A stretch of DNA of 64,000 nucleotides from positions 1,152,001-1,216,000 of the forward strand of contig OX638340.1 in assembly GCA_951812955.1 (NCBI GenBank). The letters are read 5' to 3'. Below the pieces are notes generated by a model that worked only from the letters and a program-made list of their open reading frames with translations, searched no databases and was not told the origin of the DNA. This stretch comes from an uncultured Gemmatimonadota bacterium. Its GTDB lineage: Bacteria; JAAXHH01. Shown piece by piece: positions 38,702-48,658 of the stretch. A program made the translations under genes and the position numbers. Each line of letters opens with the position of its first letter. Positions within the stretch are counted from its first letter, which is position 1.

Positions 38702-39508
38702 ATGATGACCGAAGCGCAGAGATACCTGTTCGACCTGACCGGCTATCTACACCTGGAAGGCGCGCTCGGCGAATCGGATCTCTCCGAGGCCCGCGCCGCC
38801 GCGGAGCGGTATATCCAAACACCTCCTGAAGATCTCCCGCTGGACTTCGGAAGCAGGGACGGTCGCATTTACGATAACGGGTTCGCTTTCGACAAGTCGC
38901 TGGAGCGGCTGATCTTCCAGCCGAGTTACTGGCCCATCGTGAAGGAGTTTACATCTGGAAAGCCCCGCTTCGTCCGAGGTTCAATGCTCGTGAACCAGGC
39001 GGGCGGCGTCGTAGACGCTGGGTCGCTCCACTGCGCGCGGGAATCCTATGGATGGCAGAGCACGCGCTACGAATGCCGGGACGGCCGCATCTACTGTGAT
39101 GACTTCGTCATTTTCACCTATCTCACCGATGTAAATCCCGGCGACGGCGGACTCGTCGTCGTGCCCGGGTCCCACAAGTGCAATTTCGACCGGCCCGATG
39201 CGATCTTCAACGGGGGTGACCTGGGAGATGACGCGCCGCCCGGCACGATCAACGTCACGCCCCGGGCGGGAGACGCGGTGATCATTTCCGAACTGCTCAC
39301 ACATGGCACGCTCAGGTGGAAGCCGACCGACCGGAGGCGTATCGTGCTCGTGCTCAGGTACGCACCGCAGTACAACGGCGGGGGACCGTGGACGACGGAT
39401 ACCCTGAAAACCCGGTTGTCGCCGGAAACCAATGAATTGATGGCCCTTGCCTCGTATACTGAAATCAAGGATGTAGCGCGCAGGGACGTGGTCACGTTGA
39501 CGGTGTAA
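38702..39508 (+). CDS. Phytanoyl-CoA dioxygenase (PhyH) family oxygenase, second copy
   Basis: PhyH-like HxD...H fold (VVPGSHK). Confidence 0.6.
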   Translation: MMTEAQRYLFDLTGYLHLEGALGESDLSEARAAAERYIQTPPEDLPLDFGSRDGRIYDNGFAFDKSLERLIFQPSYWPIVKEFTSGKPRFVRGSMLVNQAGGVVDAGSLHCARESYGWQSTRYECRDGRIYCDDFVIFTYLTDVNPGDGGLVVVPGSHKCNFDRPDAIFNGGDLGDDAPPGTINVTPRAGDAVIISELLTHGTLRWKPTDRRRIVLVLRYAPQYNGGGPWTTDTLKTRLSPETNELMALASYTEIKDVARRDVVTLTV

Positions 39509-39573
39509 CCCGCCTGCATTTCGGAATCAGAAACTACCAGGCATAGGCCCGGTATATCGTAAAGGCAAGGTAC

Positions 39574-42453
39574 ATGGACACATCCTGGCGGGAACAGATC
39601 GGGAAAGAGATCGACTGCACGTTTAGGTTCGACGAAACGGCCAGGGTCCTGTACAGCACAGACGCCAGCATTTACGAAATCGAACCCCTGGGCGTCGCCT
39701 ATCCCGCCCACGCGGATCAGGTCTCCCGCATCCTCCGTTTCGCGTACGAACGGGGCATTCCCGTCACGCCCCGCGGCGGAGGCACCAGCCTGGGCGGCCA
39801 GGCCGTGGGACGCAGCATCCAGATCGACTTCTCGCGCCACATGAACCGGATTCTCGAGGTCGACGTCGAAGCGCGATGGGCGCGGATCCAGCCCGGCGTG
39901 GTACTCGACGAGCTCAACGCCCACCTGAAACCTCTCGGACTGCTATTCGCCCCTGACGTCTCTCCGAGCAACCGGGCGAACGTCGGCGGCATGATCGGCA
40001 ACAACTCCTGCGGGTCCCATTCCATCATCTACGGTAAGACGATAGACCACGTCCTGGAACTCGACGTGGTCCTGAGCGACGGTACGCAGACGGTCTTCAA
40101 GCCGGTCGGTGACCGCGAGTACGGCGAGAAGTCCGCCGAGGGCGGCATGCAGGGGAAGATCTATCGTGAAATCCGCCGTATCGCCCACGAGCACCGGGAC
40201 GAGATCGAGGCCCGTTACCCCCGGATCATGCGTCGGGTGGGCGGTTACAACCTGGACGAATTTCTCGGAGACGGTCCCTTCGATCCCTGCAAGATGATCG
40301 TCGGGTCCGAAGGCACCCTGGTCGCCGTGACCGAGGCGCGGGTCAACCTGGTTCCGCTGCCGGCCCATACCGGACTGGGCATCTGCCATTTCTCGGACCT
40401 GATCGAATCCATGGAGGCGACGGTCGAGATCCTGAAGACCGATCCCTCGGCAGTTGAACTCACCGACAGGACCATATTGGACCTGGCCAAGGCTTCTCCC
40501 GCGGCCGCTAATCAGCGCGACTTCATTGAAGGCGATCCGGAAGCCATCCTCATGGTCGAATACTACGGTGAAACGGCCGATGAGGTGTCGGACCGCCTGG
40601 ATGCCCTCGAAGTCCTGCTCCGCGAGAAAAACCTGGGCTATGCCTGTGTCCGGGCCACAACCGCCTCCGCCCAGTCGAACGCATGGGGAATCCGAAAGGC
40701 CGGGCTTGGGTTGCTGATGGGCATGAAGGGGGATACCAAGCCGGCCACTTTTGTGGAGGACACGGCCGTCTCGCCGGAGAAGCTGCCGGACTACATCCGC
40801 GACTTTCGCGATATCGTCCACAAACACGACACGGTGGCGTCCTACTACGCCCACGCTAGCGTGGGTACGATTCACATCCGGCCGCTCATCAACCTCAAGG
40901 AGGCCGGAGAGATCGCCAAAATGCGGTCCATCGCCGAAGAGATACGCGACCTGGTCATTGCCTATGGCGGCGCGGTCAGTTCCGAGCACGGCGACGGACT
41001 CGTGCGGAGCGAGTGGAACGAGAAGGTGTTCGGCCCGCGGCTCTACGAGGCCTTCAAAGAGGTCAAGGCCGTATTCGACCCGAACGGCATAATGAATCCA
41101 GGCAAGATCATCGCGAACCAGAAGATGACGGACAACCTTAGATTCGGACCGGCTTACCAGGCGGAGGAGATCAACACTTATTTCGATTTCTCCGGCGACG
41201 GCGGCTTCTCGCGGTCCATCGAACTCTGCAACGGGGTCGGCGCGTGTCGCAAGAAACTGGTGGGCACCATGTGCCCGTCCTATATCGCCACGCTCGACGA
41301 GGAACACAGCACCAGGGGCCGTGCGAACGTGCTCCGGGCCGCCCTCTCCGGCAAGCTGGACGATGAAGGCTTCACGAGCCGGCGGGTATACGAAGCCCTC
41401 GATCTATGCCTTGAGTGCAAGGGCTGCAAAGGGGAGTGTCCCTCCAACGTCGACATGGCCAAGATGAAGTACGAGTTCCTTGCCCACTATTACGAGAAAC
41501 ACGGCCTGCCCCTGCGCAACCGACTGTTCGGCCGCATCGAGACGCTCAACCGGCTTGGTTCCGCCTTCGCTCCGCTGAGCAACCGGGTCCTGAACCATCC
41601 CTGGCACAAGAGGATCCTGGAACGGACTATCGGCGTGGACAAGCGAAGGTCCCTGCCTGAATTCGCCGAGGAGACGTTCGAACAGTGGTTCTATCAACGA
41701 AGTCCGACGAACAGCGTTGGCCGCGACCGACCGACCGTCGTCTTTTTCCCCGACACCTTCATAAACTACAGCGAACCCCATATAGGCATCGCGGCGGTGG
41801 AGGTGCTGGAAAGCTCCGGCTACACAGTGGTGCTTGCCGAACCCCGCGCCTGCTGCGGCAGGCCCTTGATATCGAAAGGGATGCTGCGCCAGGCCCGGGC
41901 GGCCGCGGAATACAACATCGCTCAGCTGGAACGGTACGTGGACCGCGGTTGGGCGATCGTGGGCTGCGAACCCAGCTGCGTCATGACCTTCCGCGACGAT
42001 TACCCCGACCTCGTGGACGACCCGCGGGCCGCCAGGATAGCGGATGGCATGTTCATGATCGACGAGTTCCTTGCCAGGGAACACGAGGCCGGACGGCTTT
42101 CGCTCCCAGTCAGACCCACCGACGGTAAAATCAGCCTGCACGGGCATTGCCAGCAGAAGGCCATAGCCGGTACGGGTCCCACAGTGGCTTCCCTGGAGTT
42201 GGTGCCCGGTTACGAGGTAACGACCTTGAATACCGGGTGTTGCGGCATGGCCGGCAGCTTCGGCTACGAACGGGAGCACTACGACCTGTCCATGAAAATC
42301 GGCGAAGACCGGCTTTTCCCGGCCATCCGGAACGCCGATGAAGTGACCGAATTCGCGGCGACGGGGACCTCCTGCCGGCACCAGATCGCCGACGGCACGG
42401 GGAGGACGGTCCGCCACCCGATCGAGCTGATCAGGGTGGCCCTGGACCGCTGA
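39574..42453 (+). CDS. Fused FAD-linked oxidase (GlcD-like) + 4Fe-4S / CCG-domain (GlcF-like) 2-hydroxyacid dehydrogenase
   Basis: An FAD-binding PCMH domain is followed by CxxCxxC...CP ferredoxin motifs and two cysteine-rich CCG repeats. Confidence 0.8.
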   Translation: MDTSWREQIGKEIDCTFRFDETARVLYSTDASIYEIEPLGVAYPAHADQVSRILRFAYERGIPVTPRGGGTSLGGQAVGRSIQIDFSRHMNRILEVDVEARWARIQPGVVLDELNAHLKPLGLLFAPDVSPSNRANVGGMIGNNSCGSHSIIYGKTIDHVLELDVVLSDGTQTVFKPVGDREYGEKSAEGGMQGKIYREIRRIAHEHRDEIEARYPRIMRRVGGYNLDEFLGDGPFDPCKMIVGSEGTLVAVTEARVNLVPLPAHTGLGICHFSDLIESMEATVEILKTDPSAVELTDRTILDLAKASPAAANQRDFIEGDPEAILMVEYYGETADEVSDRLDALEVLLREKNLGYACVRATTASAQSNAWGIRKAGLGLLMGMKGDTKPATFVEDTAVSPEKLPDYIRDFRDIVHKHDTVASYYAHASVGTIHIRPLINLKEAGEIAKMRSIAEEIRDLVIAYGGAVSSEHGDGLVRSEWNEKVFGPRLYEAFKEVKAVFDPNGIMNPGKIIANQKMTDNLRFGPAYQAEEINTYFDFSGDGGFSRSIELCNGVGACRKKLVGTMCPSYIATLDEEHSTRGRANVLRAALSGKLDDEGFTSRRVYEALDLCLECKGCKGECPSNVDMAKMKYEFLAHYYEKHGLPLRNRLFGRIETLNRLGSAFAPLSNRVLNHPWHKRILERTIGVDKRRSLPEFAEETFEQWFYQRSPTNSVGRDRPTVVFFPDTFINYSEPHIGIAAVEVLESSGYTVVLAEPRACCGRPLISKGMLRQARAAAEYNIAQLERYVDRGWAIVGCEPSCVMTFRDDYPDLVDDPRAARIADGMFMIDEFLAREHEAGRLSLPVRPTDGKISLHGHCQQKAIAGTGPTVASLELVPGYEVTTLNTGCCGMAGSFGYEREHYDLSMKIGEDRLFPAIRNADEVTEFAATGTSCRHQIADGTGRTVRHPIELIRVALDR

Positions 42454-42467
42454 CGGAGCATCTATCG

Positions 42468-43118
42468 TTGAACCACGCACCCTGTTTCTCCACTTTTTCC
42501 ATCGTCGCCCTGGATCCCGACACGGGGGATCTCGGCGTGGCGACCCAGTCGAAGTACCTCGCCGTGGGATCCGTGGTGCCCTGGGCAAGATTCAATGCGG
42601 GCGCCATCGCCACGCAGGCCTGGGCGAACGCTTCCTTTGGCCCCAGGGGCCTCGACCTGCTCGAAGCCGACGTGGGCGCCATCGACACCCTGGAACGGCT
42701 GATCGAATCCGATCCCGGACGGAAGTCCCGCCAGGTGGCCGTGGTGGATCTCGATGGTACGGCGGCGGCCTTTACGGGGGAGGATTGCCAGGAGTGGGCG
42801 GGACACGTTACCGGCCCGGGCTTCGTCTGCCTGGGTAACATTCTGGCGGGAGAAGAGGTGGTCAACGCCATGGCAGAAACGTTCGAAGCGCCTGGTGAAG
42901 AGCGTTTCGCCGAATCACTGCTGTCGGTGCTTGCCGCGGGCCAGGCGGCCGGGGGAGACCGTAGGGGCCGGCAGTCGGCCGCCCTGCTCGTGGCGCGGGA
43001 AGGTGGCGGTTGCGGTGGTACATCGGACTACCTCGCGGATCTCCGGGTCGACGACCACACCGACCCAATCGAGGAACTGCAGCGTCTGTATGGGCTCCAC
43101 GCAAGGCTGAATCCATGA
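42468..43118 (+). CDS. DUF1028-family (Ntn-hydrolase-like) protein
   Basis: FSIVALDPDTGDLGVATQSKYLAVGSVVPWA matches the DUF1028 signature as I recall it. Confidence 0.5.
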   Translation: MNHAPCFSTFSIVALDPDTGDLGVATQSKYLAVGSVVPWARFNAGAIATQAWANASFGPRGLDLLEADVGAIDTLERLIESDPGRKSRQVAVVDLDGTAAAFTGEDCQEWAGHVTGPGFVCLGNILAGEEVVNAMAETFEAPGEERFAESLLSVLAAGQAAGGDRRGRQSAALLVAREGGGCGGTSDYLADLRVDDHTDPIEELQRLYGLHARLNP

Positions 43119-44320
43119 AGTCGGATATACAGCGCGCCAAGCTGGTCCTGCTTACCGTAGTTCATTTCCTGGTGGACCTCTTTTCCTCCCTGGTAACCCC
43201 CATTCTCCCCGCGCTCGTGACGCGGCTGCAGCTTTCGCTCACGCAGGCGGGCATACTCGCCGGCCTGCCGGCCATGACCTCCTCCCTCGTCCAGCCCCTG
43301 ATGGGCGTACTCGGCGACCGGATGGAGAAACGGTATTTCATCATCCTCGGACCGTTGTTCTGTGCCGTCTTCATGTCGGCCGTGGGACTGGCCCCCTCCT
43401 TCATGATGCTGCTGCTGTTCATCATCCTGGGAGGATTCGGCACCGCCAGCTTCCACCCGCAGAGCGTATCCATGGCCGGTGACGTCAGCGGATCGAGGCG
43501 GGGATACGGCGTGTCGCTCTTCATCGTCGGCGGAACCGCCGGGCTGGCGGCCAGCCCATTCGTCGTGCCCCGCATCGTGGAACGATTCGGACTCGAAAGC
43601 CTCGTCTGGCTGTCCGTGCCCACGGTGATCGCCGTGCTGGCGATGGCCCGGGTCATTCCCATTCGCAACGAGGATCGCAGGGTGACCCGCCTGGCCGATG
43701 TGGGCGCTTCCTTTCGTCCGAACCTCTGGCCCATGGTCAATCTCACCGTGGTGGGCATCATCCGGACCATCTCGGGAGTCGGCTTCGCCACATTTTTCGT
43801 GTTGCTGCTACAGGACCGGGGACTTACCCTGCAGCAGGGGGGAGACCTGCTCTTCGTTTACCAGGCCGGCGCGGTGATCGGCGGATTCGTCGGAGGCTGG
43901 CTGTCGGACAGGCTGGGACGGGGCCGCGTGATCTGGTCTACGATCCTGATGTCCACACCCTTCCTGCTCGTTTCACTGTATGATACCGGACCGCTGCTTC
44001 CCCTGTGGCTGTTCCTTGGAGGATTCATGAACATGGCGTCCAATTCCGTCTCCGTAGCCATGGCCCAGGAGCTCGTTCCGGACAGCGCGGGGACGGCTTC
44101 CGCCTTTCCCATGGGCTTCAGCTGGGGCGCGGCGGGAGGCGCACTGATCATCTTCGGCAGTATCGCGGACCGCATCGGCGTGGTGCCTACCCTTGAAGTG
44201 CTGGCACTGGTACCACTGGCCGCGGTGGTGCTGGCCCTGATGCTGCCGCGCGACCGAGAATTCCGGCGGGGCGCGACCCAGGTGCGAAAGACGGCAACAG
44301 CCACGGGGCGGGTATCGTGA
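43115..44320 (+). CDS. MFS transporter (Fsr-like)
   Basis: 12-TM MFS pattern. The start ATG overlaps the DUF1028 stop (ATGA). Confidence 0.65.
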   Translation: MKSDIQRAKLVLLTVVHFLVDLFSSLVTPILPALVTRLQLSLTQAGILAGLPAMTSSLVQPLMGVLGDRMEKRYFIILGPLFCAVFMSAVGLAPSFMMLLLFIILGGFGTASFHPQSVSMAGDVSGSRRGYGVSLFIVGGTAGLAASPFVVPRIVERFGLESLVWLSVPTVIAVLAMARVIPIRNEDRRVTRLADVGASFRPNLWPMVNLTVVGIIRTISGVGFATFFVLLLQDRGLTLQQGGDLLFVYQAGAVIGGFVGGWLSDRLGRGRVIWSTILMSTPFLLVSLYDTGPLLPLWLFLGGFMNMASNSVSVAMAQELVPDSAGTASAFPMGFSWGAAGGALIIFGSIADRIGVVPTLEVLALVPLAAVVLALMLPRDREFRRGATQVRKTATATGRVS

Positions 44321-44408
44321 AACCGGGGAGATTTTCGAAGTTGCCGGGAATGTGTACTCCGGGCTTGCCGTGACCACCAGTTGACACCATGACCTTGAAG
44401 GAGGCCCT

Positions 44409-44762
44409 TTGATGTCGGATCACATCGTGCAACTCACCACGATGGAAGAACTGGAAAAGGCCGTAACGTCGTCGTCTGACCGGCCGGTATTCGTATATAA
44501 GCACAGTACGGTTTGCCCGGTAAGCGCCCGGGCCGCGGATCAATACAACGATTTCGCGGAAGAAGACGCATCCTCGCCGGCCCCAATGTTCACTCAAGTA
44601 ATGGTTATTGAGCACAGGGACATCTCCAATGCGATCGAATCCCGCCTGGATGTCAGGCACGAATCGCCGCAATTGCTCCTCCTCAGGGATGGGAAGGTCG
44701 CCTGGCACGCCTCCCATTTCTCCATTACGGGAAAGGCCATAGGGCAAGCGTTGGAGGGCTAG
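44409..44762 (+). CDS. YtxJ/DUF2847 thioredoxin-like monothiol protein
   Basis: 117 aa with the single-Cys motif TVCPVS in a Trx-like context. Confidence 0.5.
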   Translation: MMSDHIVQLTTMEELEKAVTSSSDRPVFVYKHSTVCPVSARAADQYNDFAEEDASSPAPMFTQVMVIEHRDISNAIESRLDVRHESPQLLLLRDGKVAWHASHFSITGKAIGQALEG

Positions 44763-44765
44763 CAC

Positions 44766-45971
44766 ATGTCGAGACATGCCGTCATCATAGGCGCGGGTGT
44801 GACCGGGCTCAGCACGGCGTACCATCTCGCCCGAAGGTCCTACGGCAGAATCACGGTCATCGAGAAGGGACGCGTCGGCGACGGCGCCAGTAGCCGCGCC
44901 GCGGGTATAATCACGGGGCTGCTGTGGTCGGAAACCGGCATACGGGCCCGCAAAATCAGCCTGGACCGGTTCAGGGAACTGTCCGATGAACTGGATGGTT
45001 ACCGGTTCCAGGACGTAGGCTGCCTTAATCTCTTCGACGCTTCCAGTTGGCCGGAAAGGGAACGTCTGCTACCCCTGTATGACCGCCTGGGTGTGAAATA
45101 CGAGATACTGGACTCGGCAGAAATGGCCGCGACGTGGCCGGACCTGGTTCTGACCGGGGAGCCGATCGGGCTTTACGATCCCCTGGGCGGCTACAGCGAA
45201 CCGGACCACTATGTACCCGCCCTGGCTGAGGGCTGCCGGAAACTGGGGGTGGAGATCAGGGAGGGCTGCATGATCTCTGACTTCATCATGGACTCGGGAC
45301 GCATGGCCGGCGTCGTCGCAGAAGACGAACGCATAGAAGCGGATGCGGTGGTGAGTACCGTGCACGTATGGACCCTGAAGGTGCTGGAAAGTGTCGGACT
45401 TCAGCTGCCCTTGAAGTCCTTCATCCACCAGCGTTACGTTACGGCGCCCTTGCCATCCCCGGCCAGGATACCGGCGGTCAACGCCAATCCCTACGGCGGA
45501 TACATCCGGCCGCACTACGGTCAGCGTTTGCTGGCCGGAATCGAAAACCCCGCGGCGCCGGAGTTTCGTGTCCCCGACCGGTCCTTCAGGATGTCGACAA
45601 TCACTCCGCCGGCGGGTCTCGGCGACGCGGCGCGGGATAACCTGCTTCCGCTCGTGCCCTCGACGGGCAGGACCGAATGGGAAATCCAGAAGGCCGGGCT
45701 TCTGTCCTTCTCCGGGGACGGTGAACCGGTACTCGGCCCCGTGGAGCGCTTTCCGGGACTGTATGTGGGGGTAGCCTTTCATTCCGGGGGATTCGCGTAC
45801 AATCCGGCGGCAGGCGCGTTGCTGGCGGGATGCGTCGCGGACGGAAGTCCCGAAATCGATATCGGGAATTTTTCGCCCAACCGGTTCGACCCGAGTGAAA
45901 CGGATGCCTACAACAGGACACTGATTACGCATGAAGAATACAACGAGACCGGGCTTTCCAGACGACACTGA
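44766..45971 (+). CDS. FAD-dependent oxidoreductase (DAO family, glycine/D-amino-acid/sarcosine oxidase-like)
   Basis: N-terminal VIIGAGVTGLSTAYHLA dinucleotide-binding motif. Confidence 0.7.
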   Translation: MSRHAVIIGAGVTGLSTAYHLARRSYGRITVIEKGRVGDGASSRAAGIITGLLWSETGIRARKISLDRFRELSDELDGYRFQDVGCLNLFDASSWPERERLLPLYDRLGVKYEILDSAEMAATWPDLVLTGEPIGLYDPLGGYSEPDHYVPALAEGCRKLGVEIREGCMISDFIMDSGRMAGVVAEDERIEADAVVSTVHVWTLKVLESVGLQLPLKSFIHQRYVTAPLPSPARIPAVNANPYGGYIRPHYGQRLLAGIENPAAPEFRVPDRSFRMSTITPPAGLGDAARDNLLPLVPSTGRTEWEIQKAGLLSFSGDGEPVLGPVERFPGLYVGVAFHSGGFAYNPAAGALLAGCVADGSPEIDIGNFSPNRFDPSETDAYNRTLITHEEYNETGLSRRH

Positions 45972-46079
45972 GGCAAGCACTTCCTTTAACGTGCACGTTC
46001 AGCGCACGTAGCGCGTGCACGCGCCTTCAAAGCCGTTCCACACTTCCCGGATATCGCTGCTTGGAGCGTAGATACTACC

Positions 46080-47264
46080 GTGGTTTCGAACGTCGATACC
46101 CTACTTGATTCCAGCCGGATCGAAGCGTTTCGCAGCGCCCTGCTCGCCTGGTACGAGACTCACCAGCGGGAAATGCCCTGGCGCGGATCCCCCGACCCCT
46201 ACGCGGTCTGGATTTCGGAGATCATGCTCCAGCAGACGCGCGTAGACCAGGTCCGGCCCTATTACGACAGGTTCATGAAACGTTTCCCCACGGTAGAAGC
46301 CCTGGGCATGGCTTCGCTCGAGGAAATCCTGAAGGCGTGGGAAGGCATGGGGTACTACGCCCGGGCGAGAAACCTCCATCGAGCAGCCGGGCAGATCGTC
46401 GAACGGCACGAAGGAAAGATACCCGACAACCCGGCTCAGATCTCCGTTCTGCCTGGCATCGGGCCCTATACGGCCGCAGCTGTATTGAGTATCGCCTACG
46501 GGAGAGACTGCCCCGTGGTCGACGGAAATGTCGTTCGCGTGCTGAGCCGCCTGTTCCACCTTACGGATGATCCCGCGGCCGCCGCTGCGAAGAAGCAGAT
46601 GGCCGCGCTGGCCGAAAGACTGCTCGTAACGGGGCGAGCCGGGGATTTCAACCAGGCCATGATGGAACTGGGAGCAACTGTGTGTACACCGCGGCAACCG
46701 GACTGCGGGGGTTGTCCCGTAAGTAGCTTCTGCCTTGCCCGCAGGGAACTGCCGGACCCTTCGGTCCTGCCACGCAAACAGCCGCGCAAACAACGTCCCC
46801 ACCATCATGTTGCCGCTGGCATCGTGCGCAGGGGAGACAAAATCCTGATCGTACGACGGCCAATGGATGGGCTGTTGGGCGGTCTGTGGGAGTTTCCGGG
46901 CGGGAAATCGGAGGATGAGGCAGCCATGGAAGAGTTTCTGCGTAACGACTTAAAACGTAAACTGGGCATTGAAATCCGTGTCGGCCGAGTCCTGGCGACC
47001 GTCAGGCACGCATTTACCCATTTCGAGATGACGTTACACGGATACGATTGTACGTATCATGGCGGGGAAGCGCGTCACCGGGACGGCAACGAATGCCGTT
47101 GGATTCGATTCGAAGATTACGAACAGTACGCTTTTCCCAGGGCACACATCCGACTCATCGAAACCATGAAGGAATCAGAAGGAAGTCCCCAACCTGCCTC
47201 GGCCACACAGTCCGAACTGTCCGCACAGTCCGGACCATCCACCAAAAATCTACCGAATGCCTGA
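46080..47264 (+). CDS. mutY: A/G-specific adenine DNA glycosylase MutY
   Basis: HhH-GPD motifs, a Cys4 Fe-S cluster (CxxxxxxCxxCPxxxxC) and a C-terminal NUDIX-like domain. Confidence 0.85.
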   Translation: MVSNVDTLLDSSRIEAFRSALLAWYETHQREMPWRGSPDPYAVWISEIMLQQTRVDQVRPYYDRFMKRFPTVEALGMASLEEILKAWEGMGYYARARNLHRAAGQIVERHEGKIPDNPAQISVLPGIGPYTAAAVLSIAYGRDCPVVDGNVVRVLSRLFHLTDDPAAAAAKKQMAALAERLLVTGRAGDFNQAMMELGATVCTPRQPDCGGCPVSSFCLARRELPDPSVLPRKQPRKQRPHHHVAAGIVRRGDKILIVRRPMDGLLGGLWEFPGGKSEDEAAMEEFLRNDLKRKLGIEIRVGRVLATVRHAFTHFEMTLHGYDCTYHGGEARHRDGNECRWIRFEDYEQYAFPRAHIRLIETMKESEGSPQPASATQSELSAQSGPSTKNLPNA

Positions 47265-47276
47265 AACCACAGGCGC

Positions 47277-48356
47277 TTACCGGCCCTTGGCCGAAGGTGC
47301 GGTCCTCGACGCCGGTTTCTCCTCGGCGCCATTGTTCGCGGTGGCGGCGTCCTGACTCGCCGGCGCAAAGACCGCGCGCACTTTCTGCTCTATCTCCTGG
47401 GCGAGTTCCCGGCGTTCCCGGAGCAACTGCCGCACGTTTTCGCGGCCCTGCCCCAGCCGTTCGTCATCGTAGGAGAACCATGTCCCGCTCTTATCAATGA
47501 TGCCGTTATTGACGCCTAGTTCGATCAGGTCGCTTTCTTTGGAAATGCCTTCTCCGTAGATTATGTCGAATTGCGCCTCGCGAAAAGGAGCCGCCAGCTT
47601 GTTCTTCTTTACGGTACCCCGAACCTGGATGCCCGCCGAAGCGTCTTCTCCCTTGATGTTCCCGATCCTGCGTACCTCGATCCGGATCGAGGAGTAGAAC
47701 TTCAGGGCCAGTCCGCCGGTCGTCGTTTCCGGATTGCCGTACATTACCCCGATTTTCTGGCGGATCTGGTTGATGAAGACCAGGCAGGTTCCGGATCTGT
47801 TGATCACCGAGGTCAATTTCCGCAGCGCCTGCGACATCAGGCGGGCCTGCAGACCGACGTGCGAATCACCCATTTCGCCTTCTATCTCGGCCCTCGGAAC
47901 GAGCGCGGCGACGGAGTCGATGACGATGACGTCCACGCCACCGCTGCGAACGAGTATCTCGGCGACGTCGAGGGCCTGTTCGCCCGTATCCGGCTGATGA
48001 ATGAGCAGTTTGTCCATATCCACGCCGAGTGCCCGCGCGTAGCGGATGTCCAGCGCATGCTCCGCGTCGATGAAGGCCGCCATCCCACCCAGTTTCTGTG
48101 CTTCCGCCACGATATGCTTGGCCAGCGTCGTTTTTCCGGAAGACTCGTTTCCGTATATCTCCACCACGCGTCCACGCGGCACGCCGCCTATACCGAGCGC
48201 CAGATCGAGGGTCAGGGATCCCGTTGGTATGGATTCTACGGCCAGTTGAGGGTTTTCGTCTCCCATCCTGATAATGGAACCCTTGCCGAACTGCCGCTCT
48301 ATCTGCGTTATGGCGCCGCTGAGTGCCTTCTCCTTACCCGGATCGATATCTTTCAT
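47277..48356 (-). CDS. recA: Recombinase RecA
   Basis: Canonical RecA sequence ([10 protein letters not shown]..., Walker [10 protein letters not shown]). Confidence 0.95.
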   Translation of the reverse strand: MKDIDPGKEKALSGAITQIERQFGKGSIIRMGDENPQLAVESIPTGSLTLDLALGIGGVPRGRVVEIYGNESSGKTTLAKHIVAEAQKLGGMAAFIDAEHALDIRYARALGVDMDKLLIHQPDTGEQALDVAEILVRSGGVDVIVIDSVAALVPRAEIEGEMGDSHVGLQARLMSQALRKLTSVINRSGTCLVFINQIRQKIGVMYGNPETTTGGLALKFYSSIRIEVRRIGNIKGEDASAGIQVRGTVKKNKLAAPFREAQFDIIYGEGISKESDLIELGVNNGIIDKSGTWFSYDDERLGQGRENVRQLLRERRELAQEIEQKVRAVFAPASQDAATANNGAEEKPASRTAPSAKGR

Positions 48357-48398
48357 ATCCGCGGTCTCCCCCTCGTTGATGTCTTGTGAGAATCTCCT

Positions 48399-48432
48399 GG
48401 CATATCCTACTCAATATGCCAAACATGTGTTT
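48399..48432. promoter_or_regulatory. Palindromic elements upstream of recA (candidate SOS/LexA-type operator)
   Basis: GGCATAT-N8-ATATGCC (48399-48420) is immediately followed by AAACATGTGTTT (48421-48432), 40-75 nt upstream of the recA start. Confidence 0.3.
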
Positions 48433-48658
48433 AGTGTCAAGCGGTTTCCGGTTGACTGATTGAATTAGTCGGAGTCAGGTGAGGATTCTTGGAAAAAAAG
48501 TACCGCGGGACCGTATCAAAGTAAAGTAGTTTCGAGGCGATTCCGGGGCAGATCGGCATTGCCGGGCAAAAATGGAAGTACAAACGCTGAAATACCGTAT
48601 ATTACAATGGTATGCATACCGCCAGGCCTCTGCAAAACAGTTGAAGCGAGGAATATAA

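Noticed and set aside
39943-42588. Long minus-strand ORFs (454 aa, 394 aa) antisense to the GlcD/GlcF fusion gene
   Set aside because: The sense frame has FAD-binding and Fe-S motifs. The antisense ORFs are high-GC artefacts.
45069-45980. 303-aa ORF antisense to the DAO oxidoreductase
   Set aside because: Same reasoning. The sense strand has a GxGxxG Rossmann start.
46101-46808. 235-aa ORF antisense to mutY
   Set aside because: MutY motifs lie on the + strand.
47571-48389. 272-aa ORF antisense to recA
   Set aside because: RecA is unambiguous on the minus strand.
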